From Atractiella rhizophila (taxonomy: Eukaryota), in contig MU271437.1 in NCBI GenBank assembly GCA_021432655.1, forward strand, positions 1-64,000: DNA of 64,000 bases. The letters run 5' to 3'. Position numbers and translations under genes: made by a program. Under the pieces are notes generated by a model. It ran no database searches, was not told the origin of the DNA, and saw only the letters and a program-made list of their open reading frames with translations. Positions 1-12,061 of the stretch are shown here, in pieces (positions within the stretch are counted from its first letter, which is position 1; every line of letters starts with the position of its first letter).

Positions 1-660
1 AGGTTTGACGTCGTGGGGAGATTCTCGGTAAGAGGTACCTTCTTTGACCGGAGGAGATCGTGGTCACGAATGATGATTGCCTTCTCTCTTTTGAGGGGCA
101 TGGGACCATGCGTTGGTTTGGTGCTAGAACGAGAGGTTGGAGAAGGGGAACGAGGGTTGAAATCGGTATTGACACTAGGGGGTGACTGGTATTGGCATCT
201 ACCGTCAGGGAGTTGGATGTTGTTGGGGATTGGTTTCATGGATGGTGAGGATTGGATGGGTGTGTTAGGTCTCGTGGGAGAAAGGGATTCAGGAGGAGAG
301 TGGTCAGATTGGTTTGTTGGCATGATTGATGGGTTAAGGGTAGGGAAGGGGTTGATTGGATATTGGGACGGCGGAAAGGCACTTCCTTGGGTAGGGTCGA
401 AGGATTGATGTATTTTGGCTTCGAGGATTACTTCGGTACGATGAAGACGAAAGGAAGGAAAGTATAGATACTTAGGGATGATGGTGGATGGTTACTGTTT
501 GGGCTGATGGACATAACGAGTTTATTGGATGAGGTTGGGTCGTAGGTGCTGGGAATACATTAGTGTCTTTACCGAAGAGAGGCGAGGACAGATTTTGAGG
601 ATTAGAAGGCTGATTCTCGCGAGTAACAAAGTTGATTCTGGCAATGGGGGTGAGGGTTTG

Positions 661-803
661 CGCGTGAGAAGGAGGAGAGTCCACTCGTGCGAGAGGGAGG
701 ACTCGGAGAGTTCACTCGCGAGAAGGAAGAGAGTTCACTCGCGCGAGAAGGAGGAGAGTTCACTCGCGCGAGAAGGAGGAGAGTTCACTCGCGCGAGAAG
801 GAG
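661..803. repeat. Tandem array of about 5-6 copies of a ~25-bp unit (GAGAGTTCACTCGCGCGAGAAGGAG)
   Basis: Unit is directly visible and repeated head-to-tail. Each copy carries the palindrome CTCGCGCGAG or a variant. There are no unique spacers. Confidence 0.9.
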
Positions 804-1489
804 ACTCGGCTGTACAGCCTGTCTCGTCTGGACGAGCTGAACGAGCGAAACAAACCGCCTCCCAGATGCATTTTTCATCTCGAGCGGTCAATAAAACGGA
901 TATCGTCGAATGCTCACAAGCACATTCACCAAACCAAATTGGAAACCTGAGAAAGGATATCACTAAATATCTCGAAAGCACGATTATCCCGCTCTCCACC
1001 AGAACAGAATGGAAGCAGGTCTGGCCTCCTGGAATGATGGTTCATCTGCTGACATACTTTAATAGGGAACTCCAGCATCTCCACTGCTCCTGAAGGCGTC
1101 TATGTCTATCCGAGGACGCTGGATGGAAGAATCCAGCTATTGACGTGTGACAATCTGAAAGCATTTTTCCTTGACCCAAACAGCACCGAAGCGTTACCTG
1201 ATGGTGACATTGTTAAGAGGAAGGCAGAAATTCTCCGTGAAATGGAAGATCAGAAACAAGACGGCACGTTTCCAACTTTTTTCCAACTTTGAAATGCCTA
1301 ATTTTCGTCATTCCCGCAGGCAACCCCGTTTCCTCAATGACTCATGGTTTTAGTAAGCTGTGATCACTTTCTGGTCAAAATGTTGTTATCTTTAGTTTCG
1401 TTGAGATTTCGTTGTGAACTGCTTCTCGACACAATGATAAATTGTTGGTTGCTTTCTGAAATTAAGGAGCTACTGCGCTAGTCAGCTTT

Positions 1490-1675
1490 GATGAGATACT
1501 GAGCTGTAAGCGCTGCAAATGCGAGCCAAAAAAGCGATGGGACTTGCACTGCAGAGGTCTTGCATATTTGTGAGAAAATATCACCGTGGCCCGTCACCGT
1601 TCCTTGAGCCAATTATCAAGCAATAGAAGAAGAAAGAGAAATGAGACTGCGCAAAAGTCCATCAAACTCCCCCTC
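1490..1675 (-). mobile_element. Polypurine tract and start of 3' LTR of a Ty1/copia element
   Basis: On the minus strand GAGGGGGAG (1675-1667) lies just after the RNase H stop and is followed by TTTGATGG. The adjacent sequence recurs inverted at about 3830-3955. Confidence 0.55.
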
Positions 1676-1697
1676 ACATTCATATTTCATGCATCTT

Positions 1698-2452
1698 TCA
1701 CTCATTCATCATCCCAAATTTACTCATTGCTCCTTCCAACTTCATCTTGCTTACTCCCTTTGTAAGGATATCTGCTGGAAGTTCCTTCGTATCCATGTAT
1801 TGAAGCTCGATTTTTCGATTAGAGACACATTCGCGTGTATAGTGAAATGGGACATCAATATGTTTGGTTCGTTGTCTGAAGATGAGNNNNNNNNNNNNNN
1901 NNNNNNNNNNNNNNNNNNNNNNNNNNNNNNNNNNNNNNNNNNNNNNNNNNNNNNNNNNNNNNNNNNNNNNNNNNNNNNNNNNNNNNNNNNNNNNNNNNNN
2001 NNNNNNNNNNNNNNNNNNNNNNNNNNNNNNNNNNNNNNNNNNNNNNNNNNNNNNNNNNNNNNNNNNNNNNNNNNNNNNNNNNNNNNNNNNNNNNNNNNNN
2101 NNNNNNNNNNNNNNNNNNNNNNNNNNNNNNNNNNNNNNNNNNNNNNNNNNNNNNNNNNNNNNNNNNNNNNNNNNNNNNNNTAGTTCCCCGAAGGTAACGA
2201 AATAGTCTTTTTGCGGCTTGCCAATGGTCCGGAAGAGGATTTTCGCTAAACTGTGCAACTTCAGTGACAGCGAAAGCAATATCGGGACGGGGTTGCAATC
2301 ATGATGTACATCAAACATCCTATTGCTTCTCGATATCTCACGTGATCCCCACTTCCTTCCTTGTCCTCCGGTGCGAGTTTTCCACTAACCTCAAAAGGGA
2401 TGACGGCTGGTACAATAGAACAATCCGATTTTGACAGCGTGAATAAAAACAC
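1698..2452 (-). mobile_element. Ty1/copia pol relic (RT C-terminus + RNase H), frameshifted and spanning an assembly gap
   Basis: YREAIGCLMYIMIAT/RPDIAFAV..QFSENP...HWQAAKRLFRYLRGT and RTKHIDVPFHYTRE...ADILTK are canonical copia RT/RNase H motifs. Confidence 0.9.
1887..2180. other. Assembly gap (N run)
   Basis: Run of N bases. Confidence 1.
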
Positions 2453-3750
2453 GACTTTGCGTGATCATTGCGAAGCCGAGTCCCGGAATTGACAGACGGG
2501 AAGGTGGCAAGATAGAAGGCGAGGAACAAAGTCAAAGGTTCTAATCCACGTTACATATTTGCACATGCTAAAATGCAAATGAAGTCCTCTGTACCGTGAA
2601 TAGCAGAATACGACACGTTCCTCAGCTTGCGCGGCAGCTGCAAATAGCTTTGCCCATTTGACGGAACGGTCGAACCGATCTACAATGACAGTGAGAAGAA
2701 GCGGCCTTCGCATCAATCGTTCGCTTTTTCGATGTGCACTTCGTTGCCTCAATCTTCATTCACATCCACGAATGGCAATCTTCAGTCAAAGAGCTATGAA
2801 GCTGGAGGGTTGAGGAGCAGGTTTTGGATCGAAGAGTGGAGTGGACTAGCTGCAAAATAGCCTGGTTAGATATTGAATGAAAGAGCGTGATCCGGGAGAT
2901 CTCCTTGAATTGGAACGTAGAAACGGACAAAAATTCGCCGTTTTTGGAAGGTTGAAAGGAATCGGAGCAACATGGGAGTGAAAAGCATGCATGACAGCAT
3001 ATTCGAAGGACCTCAATTCAAGTGGCAGCAGATGGGGAGGATGCCGAGATCCGTTCGACGTTGGCAAGCTTTCTCATTGTCATCCTGTCACTCCTGCCAA
3101 TAACTCAGCCCCTCAAATCCCAATGGACTTGTGAGACACGTGAGACACAATGGTCAAATGCGGCAATACCTTCCTATTCTGGAAGCGGCTCCTGCTTAAC
3201 TTGGAAGTCACATTGACCACTGTATACCTCACAACTCCCCCGTCTCTCTACACCTCTCCTGTCGGCTCCGAGCGCGTACGATCGATCGGGAGAAAAGGGA
3301 GAGATAACTGCGTGGTATTTTAGCCTTATTTAGAAGCTGGAAGGCGAGATCCGTCGATTCCCTGGCGAGACTCGTTGGTTCCCTTCAGCTTCCTCTTCGT
3401 TCCACGCTTTCAGATCATTCCATATTTCTATCTACTTGTGTATTACGGGTTTTCTCGCGATGTTGTTTGATCTTTTATCTGACAAGTGTGTCAACGGGTC
3501 CCTCAGGCCCCCCAACCCACTCTTAAGAGGCATGGCCCCTTGAACCCTTCTGTGACTGGTTCGAGTCCAGTATGAAACACATTTTTTGACCTCTGCAGAA
3601 AAAAAGTTCCCTGCAGATTCAGGAAGGCACAAGCATATGCAATAAGCTGGTGTCATTCATTTCATTTCAACGTCCTTGCTGAGGGAGGTATGAATGCTCA
3701 AAAGTGCGTTTTATGACTCATGCCAAGAACTGATGAATCTTAGAGGAATA

Positions 3751-4340
3751 AGATGGACATTTCGGACATTTGCGCATTCCCATTTCTCACTTCCTACATC
3801 ATTTTGGTCTTGTGACTTTTTCTCTTTCCCTTTTTCTTCTTCTATTGCTTGATAATTGGCTCAAGGAACAGCGACGGGCTGCGGTGATATTTCTCACAAA
3901 TATGCTAGACCCCTGCAGTGCTAATCCCATCGCTTTTGTGGCTCGCATTTGCATGTGAAGTTATTTCTCTTAAGTACCAATGAAATGCATTCTAATAGCT
4001 TTTGTGGCTCGATTTGCAGTGCTTACAGATCTGTATCTCGTCATTATCCGATTCATTGGCCTATATAAGAGGCCTCAATTGTTAGTGTAAATGCATCTTA
4101 TTCCTCATCATCTTACTTCGCCCTCACAGTAGAAAGCGTGGTAAGAATCGAGGTAAGTTCCCCGGGCCGTAGAAGCGCCCCTGTAAGATCCATTGTCTTT
4201 ATTCTGAGACCAGATAGATAAGCGGCTCTACACTTCAGTGTGGCTAGCATAAGCTGGTTCCTGTCTCTCCTTTTCTTTTCAGCTCTCATTTATTGATTGA
4301 GCCTCTTAGTTTTTGCTATAGTCGAGCTAAAGGAACTCGC
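3751..4340 (+). mobile_element. Putative solo/degenerate LTR related to the copia LTR at 1490-1665, in opposite orientation
   Basis: CTTCTTCTATTGCTTGATAATTGGCTCAAGGAAC...CCCATCGCTTTTGTGGCTCGCATTTGCA matches the reverse complement of about 1513-1632. A TATA-like GGCCTATATAAGAGGCC lies at about 4058. The right boundary is uncertain. Confidence 0.45.
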
Positions 4341-5419
4341 TTTTTGCAGTAGAGTCTCACGGACTAGTGCTTCTTGCGGATTTCGGCATGAATTTTATCG
4401 GCCGCCTTTGACAGAAAGCTTTTGTGCAGCAATCAGGTTTTAAATGCTTCCCACTGTAGTGAGCTGGAAACAGGTGCTTCCTTGCAGCTTGGCGGATCCG
4501 CCTTTGTCGATTGCCTTTTTGCACTCTTTTTCATGCTGGCTTTCAAGAAGCATCTGAGAAGCACCAACTTCTCTGTCGATCTCCTTCAACCCATGTCTGT
4601 CCGCGCTGATATAACTTCAGGCAACAACAGACCTGATATCGCGTGTACGTTTCTCGCTTGGTTATTGTAGGTGTGGGAAGTGCAAATATCGCTGAAGCAG
4701 TTAATCCAATTTGGCGTCGGAGCCAACCTGCTCACATCAATCCTTCAAATCCTCGAACTCATCCTCTTCCTGGCTTCACCAGATACGGCTTATCATTTTG
4801 CAGGTACGTCGCGTCTTTTGACCGAGACCTGACTTACATGGTGGTAGTTCTCATTTTCATCTCAAAGACATATATAATTGGGCAAAGTATTGATATGCCG
4901 TGCCTTTCAGCAATGAATCTCAACGCTCAGCAGCCTTCTTGCCGTCATCACCCAAGCACGAGCATGGAGCTCGTCATCTCACGACAATGGATCAATCGGT
5001 ACCCCCAACTATAGGATTCAGCACAACGTATGCTTTCCTTCTTCTAGGCTCCAGAATTCGAAACAGAGGTGTCACACCAGATTTCCATTTGTGGAGATGG
5101 CACTCCGTGTTCAGACTGGCCGCAAGTTTGCTACTGAGACCCAAGCCTGAGGTTAGTTCTGCTCCAGCCCACTAATGGCACTGATGAAATAAGTAAGGCT
5201 CCGAACCAACAATCAACGATTGTTGAGTATTGGAGTTGAGACTTCCTCTTCACTCGGCATAATTTTGAATCTTGTCTGCGCTCATGTGTACCCGATCAAC
5301 CGTCCTTTGACAGATTTCTGCCTTCAATCACTTTGTCTCCCACAATCACTGAAAGGAGGTGCTAGAGCACACCTTGTTTGTGATGACAGACAATTCGTGG
5401 ACCTGCCTTAGCCGGTTAG

Positions 5420-5960
5420 TATTTTAAACCTGATTTACCCTCATTTTCAACTTAGCCACGCTATCACGCGACTATTTTGTTCAGCTCTGGCACTCCACCC
5501 CTTGAACGAGGGAGGAAACGACCGTGGGCCTGGTTCGAGTTGAAAAAGGAGGTTAAACCGGGTCGCTCTTGACAGAATCGTGCGCCTCCTCCTTTCGCCA
5601 CTTGCGCACTTGCGCGTTTAGTTTCCTTCGAGCACTTTCTGGGACTGTGGCCAATCTTTTGCCACAGGGATCTCTCTGTTATAAAAGCTTGTAAACCTGC
5701 AAGTGCGAGACTTATACTCATTGTTATGTCGCACTTCGCAGGTAATGTGATTTCCTTACATACTAAACGCAACATATACTCATTGTTATCTCACACTTTG
5801 CGGCGCTAATACATTTGTCGGCTCTGGCAAACTGGTGGCCGGTGGCCAGCCAGGCAAAAAAGGAGAATAACCAGATATTTGCGCGTTCAGTGCGGATTTC
5901 GACATTCACTTTATCACCAAAACGCGAATGATCTCTGGAGGGTTGCCACTTGATGGCGAT
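5420..5960. repeat. Dispersed non-coding repeat family (non-autonomous element), copy 1
   Basis: About 5421-5553 matches 32580-32712 (direct). About 5573-5741 matches the reverse complement of about 61184-61350. Confidence 0.8.
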
Positions 5961-6229
5961 CTTTTGAGGTACTTCAAGGTTCATCTTCCATTGTGAATCA
6001 AAAGTTGGTGAAATAAGCGGCCGACAAAGGGGATGCCAAAATCGCTGAATGACCGCACAGAACGCAAAGTTTCTCACCAGGTGGAAAGATATCCTCCCCA
6101 AATGTCAAAGGTGATAGAGATATAAACGTTGCGAGGGGTCTCGCACTCGCTAATGATTCGTGGCAAGCCTGTCCACGCTTCAAAGATGATCGATGATCCT
6201 TCGCATTGCAAGGCAGGAACGCTACTCAC

Positions 6230-6500
6230 ATGAGATGTATCATCTTGACGTTTGGAACCTACATTGTGGCATCAAGCCACGATTTGTGTTCTGTGAAGAC
6301 TCGGACAACTCTTGCTTCCCAACAAACAAATTCAAGTTGTGTTTAGCTGCAGGAACCAGGCCAATGGATGCGTCTGGGAAGGACAAAAGAGTGAAGTAGA
6401 GGTACGCGATGTCATTCTAACGGAACAGGTTTATTGTGATCGATGGCTTATGAAACATCTCGAGAACTCGTGGAACTTCGTATGCACATCTACTCCCGGA
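6230..6500 (+). pseudogene. Degenerate TRAF/Sina-type zinc-finger fragment
   Basis: VFSCRNQANGCVWEGQKSEVE...HLENSWNFVC resembles the CxNxxxGCxWxG...HL...C TRAF zinc-finger pattern. No intact gene model. Confidence 0.35.
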
Positions 6501-7639
6501 GCGCAACTTCTGCAGCAACAAAAGAGAAGATGCCTTTCTGTCTCAGAGGCACAGCTTTTGGAGAACGGAGGCCAGATCTGGGGATCTCGTCGCGTGACTA
6601 GCTCTCCATGCTCGGAATAACAACTGTGCAGCCACATCCATCATTTCAGACTAGAATTAGCCATCCTGACACAATGTAGTCCCAAAACCGTAGTGCGGCC
6701 AAAAATACAGGCCCTCTGTACTCTGTCCTTGCTACCTGTCTCACAAGTTTGACATGTACAAGTTTGACATGTATCCGATGACGTTCACTTGCCTCGATGT
6801 GAGGGACAACTCACCGTCCACGATATCGGGGACAACCTCACCATCTGGGATATGTTCATACCCAAATTCGAAGCAGATTAGAGCCTTCTCATTTGTTCTT
6901 CCGTACTGCTCGAGCCTGTCAATTCCACAGACGTCAGCGTTCGGCCTCACTGTCCCCCGGCTCTTCCTTTAATCGTCCTGCTGAGAACTGGAGTCTGACC
7001 CAGTCGGCTCATTGGACCCTGAATTGCACCGCTACACTCTCATCGTTTATGATGCTCCCAAACGCCTGACCACGGGCTTGTTTCGCTAGTTCTGCACTCT
7101 CCCGTCGTCCTCCTCTCTCCACTCTCTAAAGAATATCAAGACAGGACCCACAAACCCTTCATTCTCAGCTTCCCTCGCACGCCAATTCCCAAAGAACCAA
7201 CGTATAAAATCTGGGAACGCAGTAATCGAGCGATACGTGAAGTATCGCTGTTACATTTTTGATGCTTGTGAAGAACTGACGGGAAACGAGTTTGAAGTTT
7301 CTTCGCCGTCATGAAGGAACAAATAGGTGAGGTGTGTAAGGTGTAATAAGCCGAGCGAGCGTTTACGATGGAGGTCTGTCCGCTGGCGGAGAAGGGGGCC
7401 GGCACAACCTTCAGAGATTGCAGAAGACGCGGCAGAGGATAGCCAAGAAGGAAGAAGGGAGTGGACACGTATAGGAGAGTTGCAGGCGGCGAGGGGTGGG
7501 TGCCAAGGAGAGATATGGTTTCAAATCTTTAATGTTCCTGCAGAAGAGGGCAGGATGCAGGACACCATCGAGCTGCTCCTTGCCGCCATTCCAGGACCGA
7601 ACCCCTCCTGTCAATATCAAGAGTTTTTTCTATCCATTT

Positions 7640-8430
7640 GTGGAAGATTGTAACTCCCATCTATGGGACTTATGGAGCGGAAAGGTGGAGCCTGTTGAAG
7701 GAGACCGACACCTTCTTTCTACAGATCAGAACATCCTTATTGGGGAGGTTATGCACAACGCGGTAATTGATCTGCCAGCACGCTTCTCAAACCGCATTCG
7801 CAATCTAGACAAGTTCCGTAATACGCGATATTCAATATATGAGTGGCTTGCATGGGTGCATTGGTATTCCGTTCCAATATTGCTGGAAGTTGGCTTCCAC
7901 ATCGAGCTCATACAACATTGGACGAACTTTGTCTCTGCAATCAAAATCATCACAAAAATCCACGCCGCCTCTTTGTCACAACTTAAAGTGCAGGTTCCTT
8001 CATCAGCAGCTTTTGTACTGGATTTGAGGAGCTCTACGTGCGGAACATCCCTGCTCTGGTCCGCCGTGTTCCAATGCCGGCATCAGCCGCCGCACATTGT
8101 CCCCCTGAGCAGGGTTCTAGGAAGCCTGATGAATTTCACACAGCTTCCTTTGGAGCGAAATTTAGGAACTGAGAAAGACAAGCGAGGTTCACGAAGACTG
8201 CCGTATGCCGAACTAGCGAATAACTTGATCCGGCGCGAACAACTGAATATTCTCAAGCTCTACATTCCTCGCATTGACACCTCTCCTAAACCTACAAAAA
8301 GAAGAAAAACTTTTTCCGCCAAATCACAGTCTAGGACGTTTGATTCTGCTCTTGAAAGCAGCATCTTGACCGCACTTCAGTCTTACCTTACGTCCCGTTA
8401 TGGGAACTGAATATGAAAGTGAAGACATCG
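7640..8430 (+). mobile_element. CACTA/En-Spm-like transposase C-terminal relic (DUF4218-like region)
   Basis: EWLAWVHWYSVPILL...HWTNFVSAIKII...QLPLERNLG...SRRLPYAELANNL resembles fungal En/Spm transposases. It is frameshifted, and 8281-8426 is duplicated at about 26697-26840. Confidence 0.6.
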
Positions 8431-9448
8431 AAACGGAACTGAAAAACTGCTGACATCGGACTGTCGAACATCCAGTCACTCCTGGCAGACTGAACTTCGC
8501 CCGCGCAGTGACTGCCTTTTGACGGAACTGACTGAATTTTTACGGAACCCTGTTTTCATAGAGGCGTCATTTGGGAAAATCTTTCCAGAAGGACTGAAAA
8601 CTCTTGTATTTCTTCTTCATCATATATAGAGCTCTGAGCACCGCGACATACGACTCAATCAATCAACGACCATAGAGTTTCGCAGAATGACTCTTCATGT
8701 AAAGCTAGAGTTTCGTTTCTCTCAGCTCCAAGTTGGAGTGCACACAAATCGCCCAATGGATCGACAGGCATCTTGTTGCGTTTTTCACACGACGCAAAAT
8801 GCTAATTGCTCCAAATAATCAACAAAATATGAAAATGATCCGTCAATATTTGCCAGCTCAAGCGAAAATCATTAGAAAGTACTCACTGCGCGTATCTCGA
8901 ATGGGCTTTTGTTGTTAAATTGATACCCACACTCTGCAACACATCGTTGGAAACTGACAAAGTTGTTGGTTGTGTCATCAGGTTCATAAATTCTTCCCTC
9001 GACTAACCTTCTATCAGAAACAATACACTTGGCGGGATCAGACTCACCAGACTGAACATAAGATCTTTCCGGGAAAACAAGAGGAGTGTCGAAATGCTGA
9101 AATGCTGAATTACGGTCAATTTGTATGCATAAAAAGGAAAACACTTACAGAAACGTCTTTGCCTGCACGTTGCCATGCCCTCACGATTTCGACAGGATAG
9201 ACCATACAATCCCGCGAACTCCAAAGATAAACTTGTTCGCACTGATTAAGTTCTGTATCAACTAGTCAATATTTGGGCTTTGTAGCAATATGGTAAGGAA
9301 AAAACTTACCCATAGTGTGATATATAACAGCTCAACGATAACAAAAGGTCGAGAAAGACGAGAAAGAGGATAGGGAGCTTGTGAGACATGAATGCAGCTT
9401 CCCCAGTATTAATAATCTGCCCTCGCAAACAATAAGATTGTTGGTGCC

Positions 9449-9516
9449 TCTCTCTCGTGTGACTCTCCTTCTCGCGCGACTCTCCCTCTCGCGCGACTCT
9501 CTCTCTCGCGCGACTA
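9449..9516. repeat. Tandem ~18-bp repeat (CTCTCCTTCTCGCGCGA-like), about 4 copies
   Basis: Directly visible. It shares the TCGCGCGAGAAGGAG core, inverted, with the array at 661-803. Confidence 0.8.
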
Positions 9517-9545
9517 TAAAGTTTTAGTTGAAACATGAGTCATTT

Positions 9546-9949
9546 GAACTTCACTGCATAAAAAAAAGAAGTAGTCTTAGTCTTTTGTTGCAACAACATG
9601 CAAGTTATTCAGTTCTTTGTTTCTTTTGGTGGTGCACGCTGGGCGATTCTACAATGTCCACTATGATGTGGGACCACCAAGGCAACTTTCCTACTGTTTT
9701 TCAATAAACAGTGAAAGCTGCAGAGCTGAATGGTTGACTATACTGTTAGGAACATGCAACAATCAGTGAAGTGAGTATGCATAACAATTCTTTACAAACT
9801 ACATTGATCTGTTTGCATGTTTCTCTCCAGGATCAAAATCCTAAATCCACGTGCCGTCACAATTCGGAACAAAAATCCTGAACCCCCATTCTTATTAAAA
9901 ACCAAGTAAGCACAGCAACCATCCATCCCTTGGATCCGCCGAGACACAA
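9546..9949 (+). repeat. ~400-bp direct repeat, copy 1, upstream of the MULE ORF
   Basis: GAACTTCACTGCATAAAAAAA...CCCTTGGATCCGCCGAGACACAA is nearly identical to 12436-12832. Confidence 0.9.
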
Positions 9950-9952
9950 ACA

Positions 9953-12061
9953 ATGTACAATATCATCCTGAAGACAGACGTGACACTTCAATGCATGCGT
10001 GTATTATTCCTTCAAACTCAAACAAAAACAGGCCATCGATATGAACCCTATAAGAATGCATCAGCACAACGAGGACCAAAAAAGAAGTGGGAATGGGTAC
10101 AGACCTACTCCTGTGATCACAGCGGAAAACCTCGAAAGCAGGAAAACAAGATGGGGAAACGAAACGTGGATCCTTCAATCAAGATCGGCTGCAAAGCGGA
10201 ACTTATAGTGCGCAAGTTCATCGGGGAACAATTTGTTGAAATTGAGCGTATTGACCATCACACTGGACATGACCCCTCATCTCTTAGGTCATTCCAAGAA
10301 TCAAGAATCCCTGCTCATTTACGTGCCTGGTTAGAAGACAAAGTTAACCGGGGCTTTGATTGGGGACCTATCAAGAGCCTCCTTGCATTAGAAGATAAGG
10401 CCATGGAAGTATTGGAGCAAGGTTTGGGGAACACATGTGGACCTTCATCAATCCCGGAAAGTATGCGTCTTGGATATCAAGATGTGTACAACTTTGTACG
10501 AAAGAGATTCAATGCCCTGGCAAATAAAGACACCGATGGATGGGAGAGCTTGAAGAAATGGGAAGCAGAGCTGAAAGCAGAAGGATGGGATACTCTTTTA
10601 AAAGAGTGTATCGGAAATGGTGATCCTGGCCAACAGACACAGCCTTTTGTGTTCTGTTTCATGGACAAATGGCAGAACGAGCTGTTATCAGAGTTTGGAC
10701 AGACAGCTTGCCTCGATTCAACTCACAACACAGCATTCTCAATTGAGGGGAAAGGATCCAAGGTCTTCCTCTACACGGTAGTGATTAAGCACCGTGGTGC
10801 AGGAAGGGGTATTCCGGCCTCATTCTGCATTACTACTGAAGAGCATCGATACCCCATAATCGATTTCCTTCGCTGGATCAGATATTGTGCCCCCTCCTTT
10901 CAGCCTTTACAATGGATGATCGACTGTTCCGACACAGAAGCTGCTGCAATTGCTCAGGTGTTTCCAACTGCAAAGATCCTTTTCTGTTACTGGCACCTCC
11001 TCAAAAGTCTGGTTGCACAATCAAAGGACAAGATCAAGCCGCTTCAAAAAGGAAGAACCAAGCAACAACTCGAGCTCAATGCGGAGAACAGAAATAGTGG
11101 GGTGAAGGATTTTGTCCAACTCTTGCATAAGGAAACTGAGTGTGGATTTGAAGAGGAGTGGAAACGTTTGAAGGAGAAATGGAAGCTTCAACCGGAGTGG
11201 GTTTCCTACCTCGAAACACAATGGATAAATCAGAAGGAACGATGGGGACAAGCCTGGAGAAAGGAGTGTACACTCAACATCGACACAAACAACTATATCG
11301 AGTCTTGGCATCGAGATCTCAAGGTCAACTACATCAAAAGAAAGAGGAGACAACGTGTTGACTATCTTGTCTTCCTACTTACACGACAGGTTCTCCCAGA
11401 TTACCGGAGAAAGGTCTTGCGCATCCTTTTGGGCTTTGAACGACGTGTTCAGGATAAAGCGGACCGTTCCTGTTATGCTCAAGCAGATGCCATCGACTAT
11501 ACCCTAGCAGGTAGCATGGTCCGCCATCTCCAAGGCACACTGGACCACGAAGGAGATGGAGAAGTAGCGAATGAAACTGATGGAGAAGTAGCGAATGAAA
11601 CTGGACTTCAGGTCCAATCATTTTCGGACCCTGCAGTTTGGTTTGAGATCTCCATCGCCCCATCAGGATATTTGGACAAATGTGGCTGTCCTTTCTTCAC
11701 ACGGAACGGCACACTTTGCAAACACCTTTGTTTGGCTGCAAGGGTGACTTCCTTTTCCGTTGGTTTCCAGCCTGCTGGATCACCTCTTTCATCAACTGAA
11801 GAGGCTAATGTGGAACAGTTAAGAAATGCAGAAAGGAGAAGACGAGAGGAGGAGGAAAGACAAGGAGAGGAATGGACAAGACTTCAAAATGTCTTGTTAA
11901 CCAAATTAAACGAGATCAAACACTTGGCTAGACAGCCAGAGATGTGGGCCTTTGGAGGAAATGTGGCACCTCAAAACCTCATAGATGGGATCAGCCATGC
12001 GGACACTCTCCTCCGCATAATCAAGTTTAGCGACCGAGCATTACACACAACACAACAATGA
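9953..12061 (+). CDS. Mutator-like (MULE) DDE transposase with C-terminal SWIM zinc finger, uninterrupted 702-aa ORF
   Basis: N-terminal YSCDH...SIKIGCKA...HHTGH (WRKY/FAR1-like). Catalytic motifs LDSTH (D), WMIDC (D), CYWH (CxxH) and TNNYIESWH (E). SWIM motif CGC...CKH. Confidence 0.92.
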   Translation: MYNIILKTDVTLQCMRVLFLQTQTKTGHRYEPYKNASAQRGPKKKWEWVQTYSCDHSGKPRKQENKMGKRNVDPSIKIGCKAELIVRKFIGEQFVEIERIDHHTGHDPSSLRSFQESRIPAHLRAWLEDKVNRGFDWGPIKSLLALEDKAMEVLEQGLGNTCGPSSIPESMRLGYQDVYNFVRKRFNALANKDTDGWESLKKWEAELKAEGWDTLLKECIGNGDPGQQTQPFVFCFMDKWQNELLSEFGQTACLDSTHNTAFSIEGKGSKVFLYTVVIKHRGAGRGIPASFCITTEEHRYPIIDFLRWIRYCAPSFQPLQWMIDCSDTEAAAIAQVFPTAKILFCYWHLLKSLVAQSKDKIKPLQKGRTKQQLELNAENRNSGVKDFVQLLHKETECGFEEEWKRLKEKWKLQPEWVSYLETQWINQKERWGQAWRKECTLNIDTNNYIESWHRDLKVNYIKRKRRQRVDYLVFLLTRQVLPDYRRKVLRILLGFERRVQDKADRSCYAQADAIDYTLAGSMVRHLQGTLDHEGDGEVANETDGEVANETGLQVQSFSDPAVWFEISIAPSGYLDKCGCPFFTRNGTLCKHLCLAARVTSFSVGFQPAGSPLSSTEEANVEQLRNAERRRREEEERQGEEWTRLQNVLLTKLNEIKHLARQPEMWAFGGNVAPQNLIDGISHADTLLRIIKFSDRALHTTQQ

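Noticed and set aside
13..684. Short ORFs at the window start
   Set aside because: They are Pro/Ser-rich or antisense low-complexity frames with no recognisable domain, and any gene would be cut by the window edge.
661..803. CRISPR-like array
   Set aside because: The repeats are head-to-tail without unique spacers, there are no cas genes, and the context is eukaryotic.
1641..2318. Long ORFs spanning the N run
   Set aside because: These are artefacts of translating N. Only the copia frames on the minus strand are meaningful.
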